64,000 nt of DNA. It comes from the human T2T-CHM13v2.0 reference genome, Homo sapiens. Both the position numbers and the translations under genes were made by a program. Shown here one piece after another: positions 40,965-55,141 of the stretch (position 1 is its first letter; every line of letters begins with the position of its first letter). The DNA is taken from NCBI RefSeq assembly GCF_009914755.1, contig NC_060930.1, one strand, 5' to 3'. The notes under the pieces were generated by a model that saw only the letters and a list, made by a program, of their open reading frames with translations, was not told the origin of the DNA and did not search any database.

Positions 40965-41111
40965 GAGACAGAGTCTTGCACTGTTACCTAGGCTGGAGTG
41001 CAGTGGTATGATCATAGCTTACTACAGCCTCAATCTTCCAGGCTCAATTGATCCTCCCACCTCAGCCTCCCAAAATGCTGCAATTAAAGGCATGAGCCAC
41101 CACATCTGTCC
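40921..41111 (-). mobile_element. Monomeric Alu (AluJ left/right hybrid or FRAM-like)
   Basis: One monomer with a left-arm 5' end (GGCTCATGCC..CAGCATTTTGGGAGG) and a J-type right-arm 3' end (GCTATGATCATACCACTGCACTCCAGCC), plus an (AAAAC)n tail; sits in an L2 3' end. Confidence 0.85.
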
Positions 41112-42204
41112 TGACTATGGGTTCTGTGTTATCCCAAGATCTCTGAGCCTAGATCAGTGCCTAGCATAAGGTAATTTCTTAATATATTTGAATGAATAAC
41201 CAAGCTATGCTCCAAATCTGAGGTGTACCAGGGAGGAGATTGAATTAAAAATAAGTACAAAGAAAACTGTCAGAATTCAAGGAATATAGAGAAGCCAGAC
41301 ATTAACACAAATTATTTTTTTCAAACTGGGGAAAGTTTTACAAGTAAGCACACATATAGAAGATAGAGGTCAAGAAAGTCAATGTGCCAAAATTATGGCA
41401 GAAATAGAAATTATAAACAAAAAACAAGCATTATAACAAACATTTTCATACTCTTCCTGCTGAAAAAGTATCCATAGACCAAATTTTAAGAGGATAGAGA
41501 GCATAGTTTACTTCTATGCAATAACTCTTCGACTTTGAAAATTATTATTTCAGCAAGTTTATACCCAAGTAAGAAAAATAAAATGGTCCAATATGTGTTA
41601 GTCAGTATACACATATCATCACAATGGGAAAAACTCAAAACACAATAGCTACAGCATGACTTATATGTGACTTCAAAATGTACAAGCAACTCAATATTTG
41701 CCTAGGTGTTCAATCAGGAAGGCACGGTCTGCCTTGTACAGGGAAGATGTCAGAATACGTTACAAGCGTACCATAGTGTATTCGCTGCAGAACACATGGC
41801 TAAATATGTCTCCATCCTTATCTTCAAGGCCTAACCTTTGATGACACAGAAATTCTGGGAAGAAAGGACAGCAAACTTTCTCCAGTGTTCGGATTGAATC
41901 TCTTTGGGTTAAACTATTATTCAAAGAAGCAAAAATATAGTCCATTCTCTGAAAAGGCACACCAATTTGTAACTGATCTGGAAGATTTCCACTGATAAAA
42001 TATATGCTTCGGTTATATATTTTAGGCACAACCAGAGAATTTTAGGGATAATCCTGATATCTTTACACAGTTCTCTACCTTCATACCATATCTGATATCT
42101 GGAATAATGAAGGGAGAACCAAGGACAACCACTCAGAGTAGGGGGTCTCTGAGTTTAGGCAAGAAGGAACTCTTTCACCAAAATACTCATCATGCAGTGA
42201 TGTC

Positions 42205-42583
42205 TGTATTAGTCGGGATAGGCTAGGTTATGCTGAGATAATGGATAACTCTGAAGCCAATATGGCATAAAATAATTAATGTTTATGTGTACATATGTAC
42301 ATCACGGCTTGCCTAGGGATTTTTCTCAATGACCTAAGCTTGATGATGTATCCAACATCTAAAGCATTGCTTGATGCTATGGTAGATAAACGTATATGGT
42401 GAATTGCACATGGGCTTTCAAAGGCTTTTGTCTACAAGTGAGACATAGCACTTTCATTAACATTTATTAACTGAAGTCAGTTACATGACCATACCTAACT
42501 TCAGGAGGGGCCAGGAGGTGCATTCTTACCAGCTGCTTAGATAAAGAATGGGAACACCGGTAAATATTCCAAAAGTTATCACA
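42205..42583 (-). mobile_element. MLT1I/J-type MaLR LTR
   Basis: TGTATTAGTCGGGATAGGCTAGGTTATGCTG...GTTACATGACCATACCTAACTTCA...ATCACA. Confidence 0.8.
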
Positions 42584-43049
42584 GTTTATAATTGTAAATA
42601 ACATCTTTTCAATTCTCTTTTATATTTTAGGGAACTGAAAAGCAACCTAAATATTACTTAAAGGTTAAGAGAAGCAATGATTTTACATGCTGCACTTTAA
42701 TAAGCAAAGATCATAAGACCTCACCTGAAGCTGAGAGCATAAATTTTCCCACTATTGATGATACATTTTTGAAGTGTTGATGTTATTTATTCATTCCAGA
42801 AATATAATTTGAAATCTCTTAGATAGTAGTTTTGAAAACCACTATTACAGATGAAATGGTTAACTAAATATTGATAAACTATTTTTAAAACAATAAAACA
42901 TTATTTAATTTAAATATCACTTCTTTATCTTAAGACTCTTTTCATTCATGTAAAAAAGTATTTAAAAGCAAAACCAACATAGAAAATTTGTTTTCAAATA
43001 TTGTTCTTGGTTCCTAACAAATTATCAGTAATCTTCTTGCCAAATCCAT

Positions 43050-43965
43050 TTGTCTGTTTTCAGTTTTTATGCTATTATCTGTAATAGACCTTCTTCGCCA
43101 TTATTCTTTCTGTAACTCTCCACCCTTGGCTTTCATTGGCATGGTTACTTGTGTTTTTCCTTGTGCCTCTGGGTTGGTTCTTCTAAGACTCCTGTTCAGG
43201 TGCCTCCTTTTTGTCCCTGTTTCTCAACATTGGCATCAACCTAGCACCATCCACTGTCCTCTTTCTTTTAACTGTCTTACTGTTGATGGCACGATGGAAT
43301 GATGGACGGATGGCAACGTCCATCCTTCTAGTTTCATGTATGTAACCAACATCTGATGATGGGCCCCAAATCTAGTTTTTCAATTCTGAGACATCTCTTT
43401 ACATTCAGATTCATATTATCAGTTGATTGCTGGATAGCATTTTATAAACAAACCTCAAGAATGTAACATTAAATCATTCAAAAGCTGAACTAATTTTCTC
43501 CCTCTATACCACAGACCTACTTCTAATTATTTTATATAGACATATTAATAGATATCCGCATCACATATCTAGAAACTTTCAAATTATTGTTAGCTCTTTC
43601 TTTACCCTCTTCCCTTAAATACACACCCATTTGTTTACCAGGCTCTCTAATGCTTAAATTTAAAATGCTCATTGATTCTCATGAATTTCCTCAGCAGTCT
43701 TCCTCATCAATCTTTTGGTATCTGATGTAGATTAAGATTTTGCCACTTGGAAATGCTTTTAGCATCTTACAAAGACCGCCATATCTTTATACACTGTTTT
43801 GCCTAGTGTATTTTTCGCACTGCCACATGTATTTTCATTTCCTTTCTTTCTTTTCCTTCCTTTCTCTCTCTTTCTTTCTTTCTCTTTTTCTTTCTCTCTT
43901 TTTCTTTTTCTTTCTTTCTTTTTCTTTTTCTTTCTTTCTCTTTCTCTCTCTTTCTTTCTTTCTTT

Positions 43966-44013
<48 letters not shown>

Positions 44014-44990
44014 TTCTTTCTTTCTTTTTTGACTGTGTCTGGCTCTGTCACCTAGGCTGGAGTGCAGTGGTGCAATTTTGGCTCACTGCAACCTCTGACT
44101 CCTGAGCTCAAGTGATCCTCCCATATCAGCCTCCTAAGTAGCTTGGACCACCATGCCTGACTAATTTTTGTATTTTTTGTAGAGACAAGGTTTCACCATA
44201 TTTCCCATGCTGGTCTCCATCTCCTGAGCTCGAGCAACCTGCCCGCTTTGGCCTTTCAAATTGCTGGGGTTACAGGAGCAAGCCATTGAACCCAGACTGT
44301 ATTTTCCTGAAGACGAAAGTGACCATGTCACCATCCTGCAGAACATTTTCAGTAGTTTCCCTTCTCAAAGTCCAAACTCTTGAGAATGGCATGAGATCCT
44401 CCACAGTCAGAGCATGAGCTTATTTACCAGCTGCATCTCTTTTCAACAGCATATACTCCAAGATACTGAACAATTTCTTCTGCCATAAAACAGTGGTCTT
44501 CAAATATTTACATGAATAACAATCACCAAGGTAGTTTGACAGAAGTGTAGTTTCTTTGGCCTCATCCAGAGATACTGTTGTAGATGTAGTTTTCACTAGG
44601 TATCTGTAGTTTCCATACATCACTAAGGTGATATAGTGCAGGTGGTCTATGGATGGTAATTTGAAAGTTTTGCTTAATATATTTTGCCATGAAATTTTTG
44701 TCCTAATTCTCTGCCTGGAAATTATTTACTTTCCTTTTTGTCCCAGATGAATGCCTACTCATTCTTCCAGAACCATCTGTGTGATACCCACTTCTAAGTT
44801 ATTTCACCTTAATTACTTGTCCCCTTTTTCTTTTATATAATTTGGTTATATTTTTATTTTAATAATTTCATTATTTTCACCATTATTTTGCATATATGAC
44901 TCACCAACTGTATTGATAATCCTTGATGGCATCTTCTTTTCAGTTATATTCAAACATAAGTGTTTAATATCTATCTGTTGTATTTAACTG
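43050..44990 (+). mobile_element. L2 fragments interrupted by AluJb
   Basis: CTGATGATGGGCCCCAAATCTA, AAAGCTGAACTAATTTT, CAAAGTCCAAACTCTTGAGAATGGCAT and TGCCTACTCATTCTTCCAG motifs. Confidence 0.65.
43837..44297 (-). mobile_element. AluJb with tail expanded into a ~190-bp (CTTT)/(CT) tract
   Basis: J-type motifs GAGCTCAAGTGATCCTCCCA and TTTTTTGTAGAGAC; 9-bp TSD TGTATTTTC at 43828-43836 and 44298-44306. Confidence 0.92.
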
Positions 44991-45099
44991 AATATATTCT
45001 ATTTTTCTGTGGATTTTATTTCTAAAGGAAAGCAGTATGCACCAAAGAAAATAAAATGCAAAAACACCAACTGAATGTTCTTTGTTATGTTTAAATAAG

Positions 45100-46200
<1,101 letters not shown>

Positions 46201-46204
46201 TTAT

Positions 46205-46497
46205 TCCTTGTTTGTTCGTTTAAGGTCAGGTTTATTGAGGTATGACTTACATACAATAAAACTCACCTTTTTTTACGTGGACAGTTTTAAGAGGTTTGAT
46301 AAGTGTATATTTACATGTATATATTATGTTACCCCATTACAGTGAAGATATAGAATATTTCTATTCCCTCCAAATTTTCTTATGCCCCCGTTTAGTAAAT
46401 TGCTTACACCTCTTCTACCAGCTGACAACTCATTTGATTTTCATGCCTACAACTTTGCCTTTTCCATAATGTAACATAAAGAGAATCATATATAGTG
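46205..46497 (-). mobile_element. L1MB/MC-type 3' end
   Basis: TTTATTGAGGTATGACTTACATACAATAAA...AAGATATAGAATATTTCTAT...TTTGCCTTTTCCA. Confidence 0.8.
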
Positions 46498-46513
46498 TTG
46501 CTTTCTTTAAAAA

Positions 46514-46737
46514 AATCAGTGGATGAATGAACAAAGAAAATTTAGCATATAGGTATGCAACTGAGTACTATTCAGTTATAAAAAAGAATGCAACCCAGCT
46601 CTTTGTAGTACCATGAATGGACACTGAGGGTCAATGCGTTATGTGAAATAAGCTCTTTCTTTGAGATAAAGACAAATATCACATGTTCTCACTTATATAT
46701 GGAAACTAAAAACTTGATCTCATGGACATAGTAGAGT
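46514..46737 (+). mobile_element. L1MA-type ORF2-end/3' UTR fragment
   Basis: ATCAGTGGATGAATGAACAAAGAAAAT...GAGTACTATTCAG...AAAGACAAATATCACATGTTCTCACTTAT. Confidence 0.8.
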
Positions 46738-47474
46738 CCTGCCAAGCTTTTTTTTTTTTTTTTTGCGTATTTTTCAAAAATTTTTAAAGTTCTTACTAAA
46801 ATTTAATCATTAATTTTAAATAAGTCATCCCATAATAAACTGTCTGTAAAAATGCTCTCCAGCTAAATGAACTCATACAGACAGTGTTAATCATATTCTG
46901 GTCTAATGCAAATTCACAAACACACAGACACACACACACACACCCCATTTCATACTCTCTTACAGGGAGAAGTACCACTGCTGTTGTCATCTTCATATGT
47001 GGGATTCTTTCTCACAGTTATTTCTTAGATTTCCTCTCTCCTGGTCTGACACCCAGTGATAAGAGGAGAGTACACAGTAGTGCCAGAGGAGGAGACTTCT
47101 TCTCTCCCATGGATCTCATGATGCTAGTGAGCTTAGTCCTTGCATAAAATGGGTCTATTTTCTTTGTAGCCATCATCCTTTCATCTTCTTGAAACATTTT
47201 TTTTTGTTTTATTTTCCACCCTTAACTGAAACTTTCCCTAATAAAAAATATTTGAGCAAAACTCTGAAGTTTCTTGGATCATTAATTACATTCATTATAT
47301 TAGGCGACTGAGAATTGCTATAACAGGTTGGAAGACACATAATTTGGGAAACAGGGTTTTTGTGGGAGATCTGCTGTGGGATGTGTGGCACTTTAGAACA
47401 GCAGGAAGGTACACAGGATGGCATGGGGATAAGGTCAAAGAACAAAGAACAAGAATCATTAAAGATCTTTCTAT

Positions 47475-47647
47475 TTTATGGAGTACTTTGCAAATATTGC
47501 ATCATTGAATCCTTATAATGATGCATAAAATTGAGCATGATTAAGCCTTTTCTGCAGATGAAGAAAGAGCACTGAAGTAACATGGTTAAAGAGACATTGC
47601 TGCCAATCCAGGACATAGTAGATGTGAAATCAGAACTTTCCATTCTA
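47475..47647 (-). mobile_element. MIR SINE fragment
   Basis: TCATTGAATCCTTATAA...TTTCTGCAGATGAAGAAA. Confidence 0.65.
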
Positions 47648-48136
47648 AATCATTCATTCAGTTCATTCATTCCCCAGATATATGCTTATGTCATTTCCAT
47701 AATCATTTTATAAGCTTTGCTTGAAGGAAAAGGAAACAAGGGCTCTGAGACATAAATGAAATTTCTTAGGAAAAAATAATAAAGACATTTTAGTGGTGGA
47801 ATTTTAGTTCATGTTTAGTCATTACTGTTTCTGCTCTATCTTCACAATTCAGTAAGTAGGGAGTGGTACTCTATATTTTGTCTGTTATATTTACCTTTTT
47901 ACCATTTTCCAAATTCGAAGATAATTCCTAGAATAAGAGGGTCATGTAGTACTATTTTGAAAAATTAGAGTCATTCCCTTCCACTTTTTTCTTCTGCCAT
48001 TCTATATTGTCTGCTTAGCCATGCTTTGCTCCTTCCTTTGCTACTCTTGGGTTACTCTTTATTTCCCAGCAGTTTTCTCATTGTGATATAAAAAGCTTGC
48101 TAATATATGAACATATCATGTATCAAGACTAGTGGA

Positions 48137-48385
48137 AGTGTAATCTAGTTGTTAAAGATTTGGTGTCAGCCAGTGTGCAGTTTGATTCCAGTTCTGATCT
48201 CTCTGCTCTTAGTAAGTCATGAAAGCCTAAGTCTCCAAATTCTACGTATTCTAATTTGGAAACTAAATATATTAATAACTCCTTTATAGCATATAGTATC
48301 ATTATCAGGAGTGCAAGAAATTATGCCTGTAAAAGTATTTAGTACAGTACCAACCAGTGGCGATGCTCAATAAATATTAAATGCA
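48137..48385 (+). mobile_element. MIR SINE
   Basis: 5' TAGTTGTTAAAGA..TGTCAG and 3' TGTAAAAGTATTTAGTACAGTAC...TGCTCAATAAAT. Confidence 0.7.
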
Positions 48386-51300
48386 GTAAAATGTCCTAGG
48401 TGATTCTGTTAATTTGCTGTGTTGGTCAGGTCAAATTATGCCTATCTGGAAAAAAAAAGACATCAAATAAGTATTTTGAAAGTATTTTCTATTTGTTTTA
48501 GAAAAATAAGTTCAAGAAATTGTGGTGACAAAAGTCTCACAATGACATAAAGTCAAATCTGGGGATTAAATTCAGAACCCTAAGCCTTTGTTTTGCTTCT
48601 AAAATGCAGACATCCAAGAGAAACAGGAGAGACAGCAATGCAGCCCAGTAACCTAATAATGCACTACTGAACCCTTCTAGCGCTGCTAATACATTTTCAG
48701 TTTCAGATGGCTTTAAAGTAAATTTCTCAAATGCACTTCAGTCTGGTTAGACACACAGCATGACAATTGCTATGTAGAAAAATCAGAGTTTATGGTTCAT
48801 CAGATCTCTATTTTAGCTATGTGCAGAATGGCTGCTGTACTCACTCATGGCTCCGTTTAAAGACTTGGCTGTTAGACGTTTATACATCCGTTAATTAGCA
48901 GCTAGGCATGATTTAAAAGATAATGTTCCTGGCGTTCAGCATATATGAAGCAGTAAACAGCTTTTGTGGAAGATTAAATGCTTTAGCAAATCAGAGACAT
49001 TTGGTGACCCCCAGAAGCCATTTGTTGCCAGAAAACTGCAATGCTACAATTATTGTGCCAGGGAGAAAACATACTCAACCAATAGCACAACAAATAGAAG
49101 AATGCATTTGAATTTGCCTCTTGTATGCTTGGAAATATGACTCCTTTCTTGTTTATTTTTTATTTTATTGATTGAATTTCATTTGAAGAGAAGTTTATAG
49201 CCAAATACAATGTACTTTAACATACCTTAGATTAAAAGGATTTAACAGTTCTAGGGATCAAGGTAGGTTTACAATTAAGAAGTTAAAAATATGTGGCTAA
49301 TATGAAAAATTATAAATTTTTTAAAATTTCTCTTATAAAATTAAATATAAATCTGTATGATACTTACCTATTGCTATCAATGGACTGTTAAAAAAATTTT
49401 GGATTTTGTACAATGCCAACCATATATTCATAAATACAGTATGTTTAAAAAATCAAAACATATTTGGCTTGTTATATGGAAAATAATAAGAGAAATTAAT
49501 CCAAATTATTGCTTGGAAAAATCTGACTACTAACAAACATATTTTTATGTTAACACATATAAAATTTGAAAATTTTAGATTTATATAAAACTTCATATTT
49601 ATATATCAAATTTACAAATCAATATCTTCCTAATAAAAATTGTATACATATTTATAATTTTATGTATACATATAATTTCTAAATTAATTTCTTAATTTAT
49701 ACTATATATAATATGTATTCCAATATAAAGACCCAGAAGTGTAAACATATTTAAATAAAAACAATATTTTCAAATGCATTTTTCCCTAGATCATTTGATT
49801 CTGAAGTTCTTCTATTATTCATTTTCAATTTATTTATCCATGTAAATATATTCTGAATGAAAAATAATTAAAACAATAAAACAACAAGGAGAAATAAATA
49901 TTTGGCAGGAATAAAAAGATATTTGATAATGTGTAATAGTCAATGCATGGAGAAAAGTTCTTTTAATACATATACATGTCTATGTTCTAGGCTTACTGGA
50001 AAAAAATTACATGGTCTAGTAAGCTGGTTTAGCTCTCAATAAGAAAAGAATTTCCACTGTTCTTTTTCCATAATTGGATTTGGTATGCATTGTAAAAGAA
50101 ACAGCGCCTTTCACTGAGCAGTGTTAGTAACCCATTTTTTAATAATACAAAAGGCTTCTCACACCACGTGTTGATCACCATAAATGCTTGTCTAACCCAC
50201 TTCTCTCTCCTTTCTCCCAGAGACAGTTTTCTGCAGGCCAGTGTGGTTGTAGATGGGGTAGTTAGCGGTAGTAAAACCCTTTAACAGGAATCTGAGATCC
50301 TCATTTTCAGTGTTTCTTTTTGATTTTTCTAAGGCACTACTTTTAAATTACCATCAGAAGTTTGAAGTTTCGAAATTCCTTTAATGATAAAGGTACATTT
50401 TGTTTGGGGAAGTGGAATTCTGCATTCCGTGAAATCTATATCTTTTTTGAATGGCTGTTGGGGAAGAGACATTGCAGTAGTTTGAAGCACTGCTTTAATA
50501 CCTACAGAAAGGCTGCGGATGCACAGAGGCATCTGCCTTCACTGTGACTAAAATGTTTACTTTAGCAAACACTGCTCTATTAAATTTCAAAGTGGTGCTC
50601 TTTGAATTTTAAATTGTAAAGGAAACCTGGCCTCCATTCTTGAAAGCTTTGGTTTAAACATAAAAAGGAGAAACTAGCTTTGAAGTTTGAATGAGATGCA
50701 TGAACTCTCCTTTTTTCACTCAGTTTGAAGAACTTACAGTGCGGGCATGTGTGCTATTTATTATTCTAACTTATGACTTGAGTGATATTCTTATTTCTTT
50801 CACCCATGACCATTTCTACTCTAAAAGAAATAGGATTTGGGGGTTAATGTAAGGTTCATTTATTATTCTCCAATCGGGAAATATATCTAACAAAATAATT
50901 TTAAACATTTTTCTAAACAAACTACTTTACTGCTCTTTAATGGGCATCTAATTTTTCAAATTATACCTAAACTCCAAGATTTTTATTAGTGCTTTTTGTA
51001 CATTTCTCCAGAGTTTACTATGTAAATAAAAGTGAAAATACAGAAAATTTGTATTTTTGGCATAGATGCTCACCTTAATGAGTATTTATTTGGGCAGATG
51101 AGTGTTTGCATAGTAGAACAATCCATGGACCAGAGATAATTGAGCATTACAATAAGTTATGTCACCTATTTGCAAATGGGAGCTATTAACTCTCCACTTT
51201 ACTTACTTCAATGAACTTTTTAAACCAAATAATTACAGATGCACATTCAGAAAATAAGCCTTTTCAGGGTCAGTTCATTTTATTTGCTACAATGAATAAT

Positions 51301-53100
51301 AATCTTGATAGTATTGTTTCTATTTTAAAATGAAACAAACTTTTTATCATAAAATTTGTCAAGGCATTACTCTTAGCAAGTAAATACTTTAAATAAAATA
51401 ATTAAAGAGTCATAGTATATGGAGTAAAACTTATTAAATTAACTTTAAATTTTCTTCCTGGAAATTCCACATAACATTTAAAGAAAAAAAGGGAGAAAAT
51501 TTATAGCATCATTCTCATATATTACAACATGTTTGTCTTGATTTAACGACTGTTCCCACCAATAAAACCTTTTCTAAACAGAATACGTTCTTTCCTTATT
51601 AAAATAAACAGAGATGACTAATTTGTCTCTGAATATGGTAAGAAAAAAAGAGAGCCATTAGCAGTCTCTTCTCTTTTCCCAATACCTGTCTTATATTCCT
51701 TCCTTAATTCTCTCTTGCATATTTAAGTTAAGAAATGAAAGATATTTACAGAAACATTCAATATACTTATGAATCAATGAAGCATGGAAAATTCCTTATT
51801 AATACAGTCAACTAGCATGGACATGTGCCAATGGGAACTGAGTCTATCTGATAAACTACACAGCCATCCACCCTAGCTAATACATCTCCAATCTCAGGGG
51901 AACAAGTGAGCCATAACAAGAAGCTCCAGAGACTGAGCAGCTCTCTTACTCAGCAATTCACAAACTGCTGTTTTGGAGAAGAAGATCTACTAGGAGTGAC
52001 TTCAGTTATATAAAGTCTAATAAATGCTGCATATCATTTTCTTCTTTTAGAAATTTCATATGCACAATATAGTGTTAGGTCCTGCAGTAAAGAAATCACA
52101 GAACTGTCAAAAACCCATACCCTTTGCCGTATGTTTTGTGATTCTTTGACCTGGTGCCTGGCACTAAGAGTAATAATATCAAGAAGTAACACAATTATAA
52201 CTTTTATATCCTAATAGCCTCGGCATAAGAATATCTTTGCAATTTCATTTTAACATAAATAATATCTTTCTGAGATTAGAGCTATGCAATAATGGGGTAG
52301 AATGTCTTATGTGGTAATAAGCTCTCTGTCGTTTGGTGCATTTGGTGACACTCAAGCAAAGACTGGTATTGGTGTAGCAGTCTGTGTGTTAAAAAAATCT
52401 CTGCACTGTATTTTGGATACTATTAAACGTCTAAAGCAGTTCAAAATTCTAAAGTATATGATTTTTTCAATGACTTGTGTAAAGTTTGCTTTTCATGCTC
52501 ATCACTTTGCCTATTAATAAATAATCTAAAAAGGGAGCCATATGAAACATTTTAAATCATAATTATATATGAACCAAGTCACTATGTATTATTAATATAT
52601 ATTTAAGTACACATATATGATTTTTGTCCAATGCTAGTGATTGGAAACTAATTCAAATCATTTAACTTAAATTATGCATATATAAACAACAGATTAAACA
52701 TCTTTTGAAATGACAGACATGCATCTGTATCAAGACATTAAGAAAAAGATCCTGAGTTAATGCTGATTAGTTACAAAACACAAACAAATTTTTAAATGCT
52801 TTTGTTCTCCCATGCTTTGTTAATAGCATGTCAACTGTAATGTTTAAAATAGTAAACACTTGTTTAATATAATTGGTAATCTTTATGTCCATCTCTGTGA
52901 GATATTTAGGAGAGGCTTCAGATATGAATCACATGTGGGCCTTCTCTAAGGATTCTCAACACATGAATCAAGTTAGCTAAAATGCATCTGCTTATGACTA
53001 AATCCCTCTTAATGTTATAAATACTCTTTTTCTGAATATTTAGGAATTATTATAATAATGTTATATGAATAATGAGGTGAATTAAAAACCTCTGAACTTC

Positions 53101-53122
53101 AGAGAGAGAGAGAGAGAGAGAC
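53101..53122. repeat. (AG)n microsatellite
   Basis: Direct reading. Confidence 0.95.
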
Positions 53123-54729
53123 ATACACATCAAAAAAATGAGCCTAGAGGATTCCAATCCCTCTGGTTTAAATAAATACATGAATACTATTGAATGTGTA
53201 GATCTTTGTGACATCAAATGAATAGTAAAGAATAACGTCCTTGATCTATGAAATATCATAAAGTTTCTATAAAAAGAAAAGATGTTTTCTAACCACACCA
53301 CAGTATTTTTAAATCTCCAGATTTCATTGAAAATATCCTAAACAAATGTAGTAACCACTCAGAGCCATGAGAATAAAGGAATCTATTTGAAAGAATAGAA
53401 AACCTTCTGAATTAGCAATGTGGAATATCTATGGTGCTTAACTGTAAATTATTTTACAATTTTTGGAATATGTTTGACTTTGCTTAAAACTTGGATGATT
53501 TTTCTGATTTACTTGATTTAAATGAGACAAGATTACTACGTAATGTTGTAACTCAATCATCATGCAGTCATCTAGGGGGAAAGTGAACCATTCAGAAACA
53601 TTTTCACATATATAATTTGTATAAACCATAAGGTTACAATTAAGAAATCTTAGGAATATATATGACTGTGACAACAGCAGTGGTATCAGCCCCTTTTTCT
53701 TCTTGCTATAGACAGCAATATCCTCAAGGATAGAAGATTGCCTGCTTTTATTTTATGAGTCAAGAAATTTAGTATTTCTACTCTCAAGGTACTACATTTT
53801 TAAAAATGACTCACAATGCATAAGTGTAACAACATGTTACTTTACTCCAAACTTTCATCATCAAAAGTACCTAAATTCGGAGGATTCTACACTAGTTCTT
53901 TCACGCAACTCTGCCCTAAGAGCTCTCAGCACCTTATGTAGTCATTTTCTACTCATTTCAAATTTTTTATAAAATGAACACATCACAGGAATATTTCTAT
54001 TCTCAGTAGTTTACAGGATCCAAATAAAGTTGCTCAACTTCCGCATGACTCCCCACCTCACATCATCCACCACGCAAGTTAAATGTAAATTTTCCATCTG
54101 GCCTTTTAAATAAGGACTCTTTCATTGGTTCTTATTATAACTATTTTACTTATAGTCCCACAAACTTTCTTCAGTTTAGATACTTGATTTATTTGCCTAC
54201 CTTGTTAGAGAAATTATGTAAGCATTGATTATTAAACTTCTGAGAGTTCCGTAATGATTTGCTATGTTTGTTTTATCCATAGTTTCACATTAATTTCCTT
54301 ACTTACAGATCATCAAAATGATAATGATATACTTTATTAAATAAACAAATACATATAAAGCACTACCGCGTGAAAAATACTTTCTTATGGAAAACAAAAA
54401 GATAAATAAATCCTGGTTCCTGACTTTGCAGTCTGGAGGAAACAGGAACGTGAATAATGAAGACATTCATTATGGAAAGAAGACAAAAATCTCCATGATG
54501 AAAGAGTCCAAGGGGAAAAGGAGAGATTATTTCCAACTGCGGAATTCTAGAGGAAAGTTAATGTTTCCAAAGGTGACAAAAATATTCTAAGGAGAGGGAA
54601 TCTCCATTATTGGCATGGAGAATCAGTTTCACTGGGATTTCTGGCATAGTAAAGTATCTGCTGCAGTGTCTTCAATCCAAAATCAAAACAACACAGATTT
54701 CAAAGAGCACTGCACTTCATTTATTTTGG

Positions 54730-54860
54730 AAAACCATTTTTCTCTGAGTTTTCAATTTCTTTCTCTGTAAAGGACATCTTTTCTAATCTATATTCATGAG
54801 AACTTCTATAAGTTTGAGTAACAAATGGAATAATGTACAAAAAAAACCTTGAAAATTACC
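54730..54860 (+). mobile_element. MIR fragment
   Basis: TCTCTGAGTTTTCAATTTCTTTCTCTGTAAA core. Confidence 0.55.
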
Positions 54861-55141
54861 ATTCAAAATAGCAGGCTTTTTTGTCAAACTCTTCATGTAT
54901 ATTTAAGATAGTGATATGGATTTTTGAGTGAAAGTTCTTGAGAAATATAAAATATGAATGTATTACTGATGCATAACTACTTTTTGTATAAAAAGCACCC
55001 CAATTCTAGGAAGGGGTTAGAAAATGGACAGACTGTGAAAGTCAGAGAGGTGTTTATTCTCATTTTTTTGTGACCTAACTAGTTACAAAGAGACAAGGGA
55101 AGCCCTCTAGATGATCTTTTTTATTCAGAAAACATCAAGTA

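Noticed and set aside
43740-44105. Phe/Leu/Ser-rich and Lys/Glu/Arg-rich ORFs
   Set aside because: Read-through of the (CTTT)n tract.
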